A DNA stretch of 64,000 nucleotides. It comes from Salinispira sp. (lineage in GTDB: Bacteria; Spirochaetota; Spirochaetia; DSM-27196; Salinispiraceae). The translations under genes were made by a program, and so were the position numbers. This document shows positions 62,074 to 64,000 of this stretch, piece by piece. The notes beneath the pieces are model-generated. The model was given only the letters and a program-made list of their open reading frames with translations, ran no database searches and was not told where the DNA came from. Location: the NCBI GenBank assembly GCA_965226555.1, contig CBDDDG010000022.1, forward strand, positions 228,528-292,527, written 5' to 3'. Within the stretch, counting starts at the first letter, position 1. Each line of letters begins with the position of its first letter.

Positions 62074-62578
62074 ACTGAGAAAATTCTGCTTGGATGCTAA
62101 TATTTTTATGACTGCGTGGTATATTACATATCCAAAAGATGTATTTTCTGAGGTGTGGAATGATCTGGCTAAAGTGCGAGACCAATTAATCATAATCTCG
62201 CCAATTTTTGATGAAATTGAACCTTATGCAAGTACAGACAAGATAAAACCGAGGAATGAGCTTGAGGATAAGTATCCACTACGTTTATGGCTGGAAAGAA
62301 ATAATTTTAACAGTGTAGATATTGAAACATCAATAAAAGATGAAGCAATTGATCTGGAGCGCAAATATGAAATTGAAGATAGAGGTAAGGGAGTAAACAA
62401 AAATGATATTTTACTGATTACATATGCCAGAAAAAATAAATATTGTGTTGTTACTTTTGAATCTAAACAACTCCAACCGCCCACAGAAAAGAAAAACTAT
62501 AAAATTCCTTTAGTATGTGAAATTGAAAAAGTCGATTGTATGAGCTTTGTTGAAATGCTTCGTGAACTCAAGAAATAA
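62066..62578 (+). CDS. PIN-domain protein (DUF4411-like)
   Basis: LDANIF, YP.DVF..VW, D..LI..A, VVTFE and KIP.VC; overlaps the upstream gene by 8 bp. Confidence 0.85.
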   Translation: MNKLRKFCLDANIFMTAWYITYPKDVFSEVWNDLAKVRDQLIIISPIFDEIEPYASTDKIKPRNELEDKYPLRLWLERNNFNSVDIETSIKDEAIDLERKYEIEDRGKGVNKNDILLITYARKNKYCVVTFESKQLQPPTEKKNYKIPLVCEIEKVDCMSFVEMLRELKK

Positions 62579-62589
62579 CGATAGAAACT

Positions 62590-63588
62590 TTACCCATGCA
62601 AAATAATTTCACCGCTGCTGTTAAATAGGCGCAGTCCCAATCGCTCACATTCTATTCTGCTGTAATCGTTTGGGATATCGGATTCGCTGTTTTTGCTGAG
62701 AAAGAGCAGGCCAAGTTCGTTTCCTGCGCCGCTTCCCTTCCATGCGGCAGGTTCATAGAAGGCGCTGGGAGGCGACAGCCAGCTTTCAACACCGATCTGC
62801 TCGCCCAGTTCATTGGAGAGAAGACGAAGTTGGGTAATGTTGCGGAAAAAATGTTCTTCAGTGCTGCTTTTTTCAAAGATATTCACTAATTTCTGAGAGC
62901 GGGTAAACATATCCGCTGCCTTTTCCCCGGATATCTTCTTCCATTCCTGATAATTCTGAACAGCTTCACGGCTGTCGATTTCATGCGGACCTGAAAACGC
63001 ATATGTTCTGGCAGAAAAAAGGGGGTGATCCTCTCTGAGCGGCGACCAGCGCGGTATTTTCCCCCCAGTGAACATACCTGCGGCGCCGTAACAGCTTGTG
63101 AAAATATCGTATCCGCTCCCCTGTTTTCCCTGAGCATGCCGATGAGCTTCAAGAGCGGCTCTGGCAATTATCGCCCTGTTCAATGTGTTTTTCTCTATGC
63201 TCGAGGCAAGCATTAATCCTGCAAGGAGAACTGTTGCGGCAGCAGATGCTCCGAGTCCGAGTTTCCGCCCGTCCGAGAAGAATTCGACCGTGTCAATTTC
63301 TACCTCAAGAGATGGTGATTCATGCCCCATGTTCTTCAGGTATTGGATGAGCGAATGGTACACCCGTATAATAAACGGAAAGCGTGTGTGGGTCATGTTA
63401 GTGTTCAGGCTGATCCGCCCCGCATCTGTTTTTACATGAATGCAGCTGCCACCGGAAGAGGGCTGCGACCTCCCTCGGGCAAGGGAATTTGTTGCCATGC
63501 CGATGCCGATGCCCCTATCTTCCAGTATCATATATTCGCCGCAGATCAGCAGATTTCCGGGAACACAGGCGGTAATTTCATTGCGCAT
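62590..63588 (-). CDS. mvaK2: Phosphomevalonate kinase
   Basis: VPGNLLICGEY, KLGLGASAA, QGKQGSGYDI and KGSGAG. Confidence 0.85.
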   Translation of the reverse strand: MRNEITACVPGNLLICGEYMILEDRGIGIGMATNSLARGRSQPSSGGSCIHVKTDAGRISLNTNMTHTRFPFIIRVYHSLIQYLKNMGHESPSLEVEIDTVEFFSDGRKLGLGASAAATVLLAGLMLASSIEKNTLNRAIIARAALEAHRHAQGKQGSGYDIFTSCYGAAGMFTGGKIPRWSPLREDHPLFSARTYAFSGPHEIDSREAVQNYQEWKKISGEKAADMFTRSQKLVNIFEKSSTEEHFFRNITQLRLLSNELGEQIGVESWLSPPSAFYEPAAWKGSGAGNELGLLFLSKNSESDIPNDYSRIECERLGLRLFNSSGEIILHG

Positions 63589-63621
63589 GCAGTATCTCGA
63601 ATCTCTTATTTCTGTCGATAT

Positions 63622-64000
63622 TCATGCAGACCCTCTTGAGGATTGTCCATCAGCCCCGCGTACTTCCAGACCGCCGCCGATTGTGCTTATGAGATATTTC
63701 AGACCGGGATATCCGGCCTGTAGCCTGCGCAGTATTTCCGCGCAATATTCATCTGTTGTGAGTACCTTGACCTGAGGCCCGGCATCCATGGTTTCAAAGG
63801 CGGGTATCCCGCTGCCGCGTATTTCCTCAAGCGTCTTAATTATTCCAAGGCTTTCAGCTTCCCAGAACATGAGCGGGCGGGGCATGGAAAACATTGTTGA
63901 AAACATACATAAATAGCTCTGCCGCACAAGATTCCCCAGTTCCTGAATGTTTTTTTGACTGAGCGCATGGAGGGCTCCATCATATAGTTCCTGAGAGATT
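63622..64000 (-). CDS. mvaD: Diphosphomevalonate decarboxylase, C-terminal part (runs off the window)
   Basis: TMDAGPQVK motif; lies upstream of phosphomevalonate kinase. Confidence 0.88.
   Translation of the reverse strand, partial: ISQELYDGALHALSQKNIQELGNLVRQSYLCMFSTMFSMPRPLMFWEAESLGIIKTLEEIRGSGIPAFETMDAGPQVKVLTTDEYCAEILRRLQAGYPGLKYLISTIGGGLEVRGADGQSSRGSA

Overview
Bacterial chromosome segment, most likely from a spirochaete and probably host-associated. The clues are a class I LysRS, mevalonate-pathway kinases, 'FAGG'-type binding-protein leaders and many eukaryote-like repeat surface proteins. The housekeeping backbone comprises an rlmB-like methylase, tatD, a sugar ABC transporter with a GH3 hexosaminidase, uvrA, an lptD-like gene, ybeY, tlyC, two tRNAs, azlCD, livKHMGF, mrp, nth, queG, lysS-rpiA, add, mnmE, apbE, fba and mvaK1/mvaK2/mvaD. 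Four accessory blocks interrupt it (about 18.0-25.5, 35.9-44.3, 50.2-54.6 and 58.0-62.6 kb). They carry repeat-rich surface proteins with G10 slippage tracts, several PD-(D/E)XK nuclease genes, a decayed SNF2 helicase plus sacsin-like/HNH pair, and an ImmA/IrrE plus PIN pair. The most notable observations are: (1) two tandem PD-(D/E)XK nuclease paralogues share a 62-bp promoter block, and each has a strong in-frame internal ribosome-binding site and ATG just after the nuclease domain, suggesting an Rpn-like nested toxin-antitoxin in a non-Rpn family; (2) of three Rpn loci, two have a destroyed nuclease half but keep the nested C-terminal (antitoxin-like) ORF, one of them a chimaera; (3) a family of small hairpin-ended mobile elements has 5-bp target duplications; (4) IS-derived TGGGA...TCCCA ends lie next to every Rpn locus. 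All calls come from reading the sequence by eye; no database searches were run.
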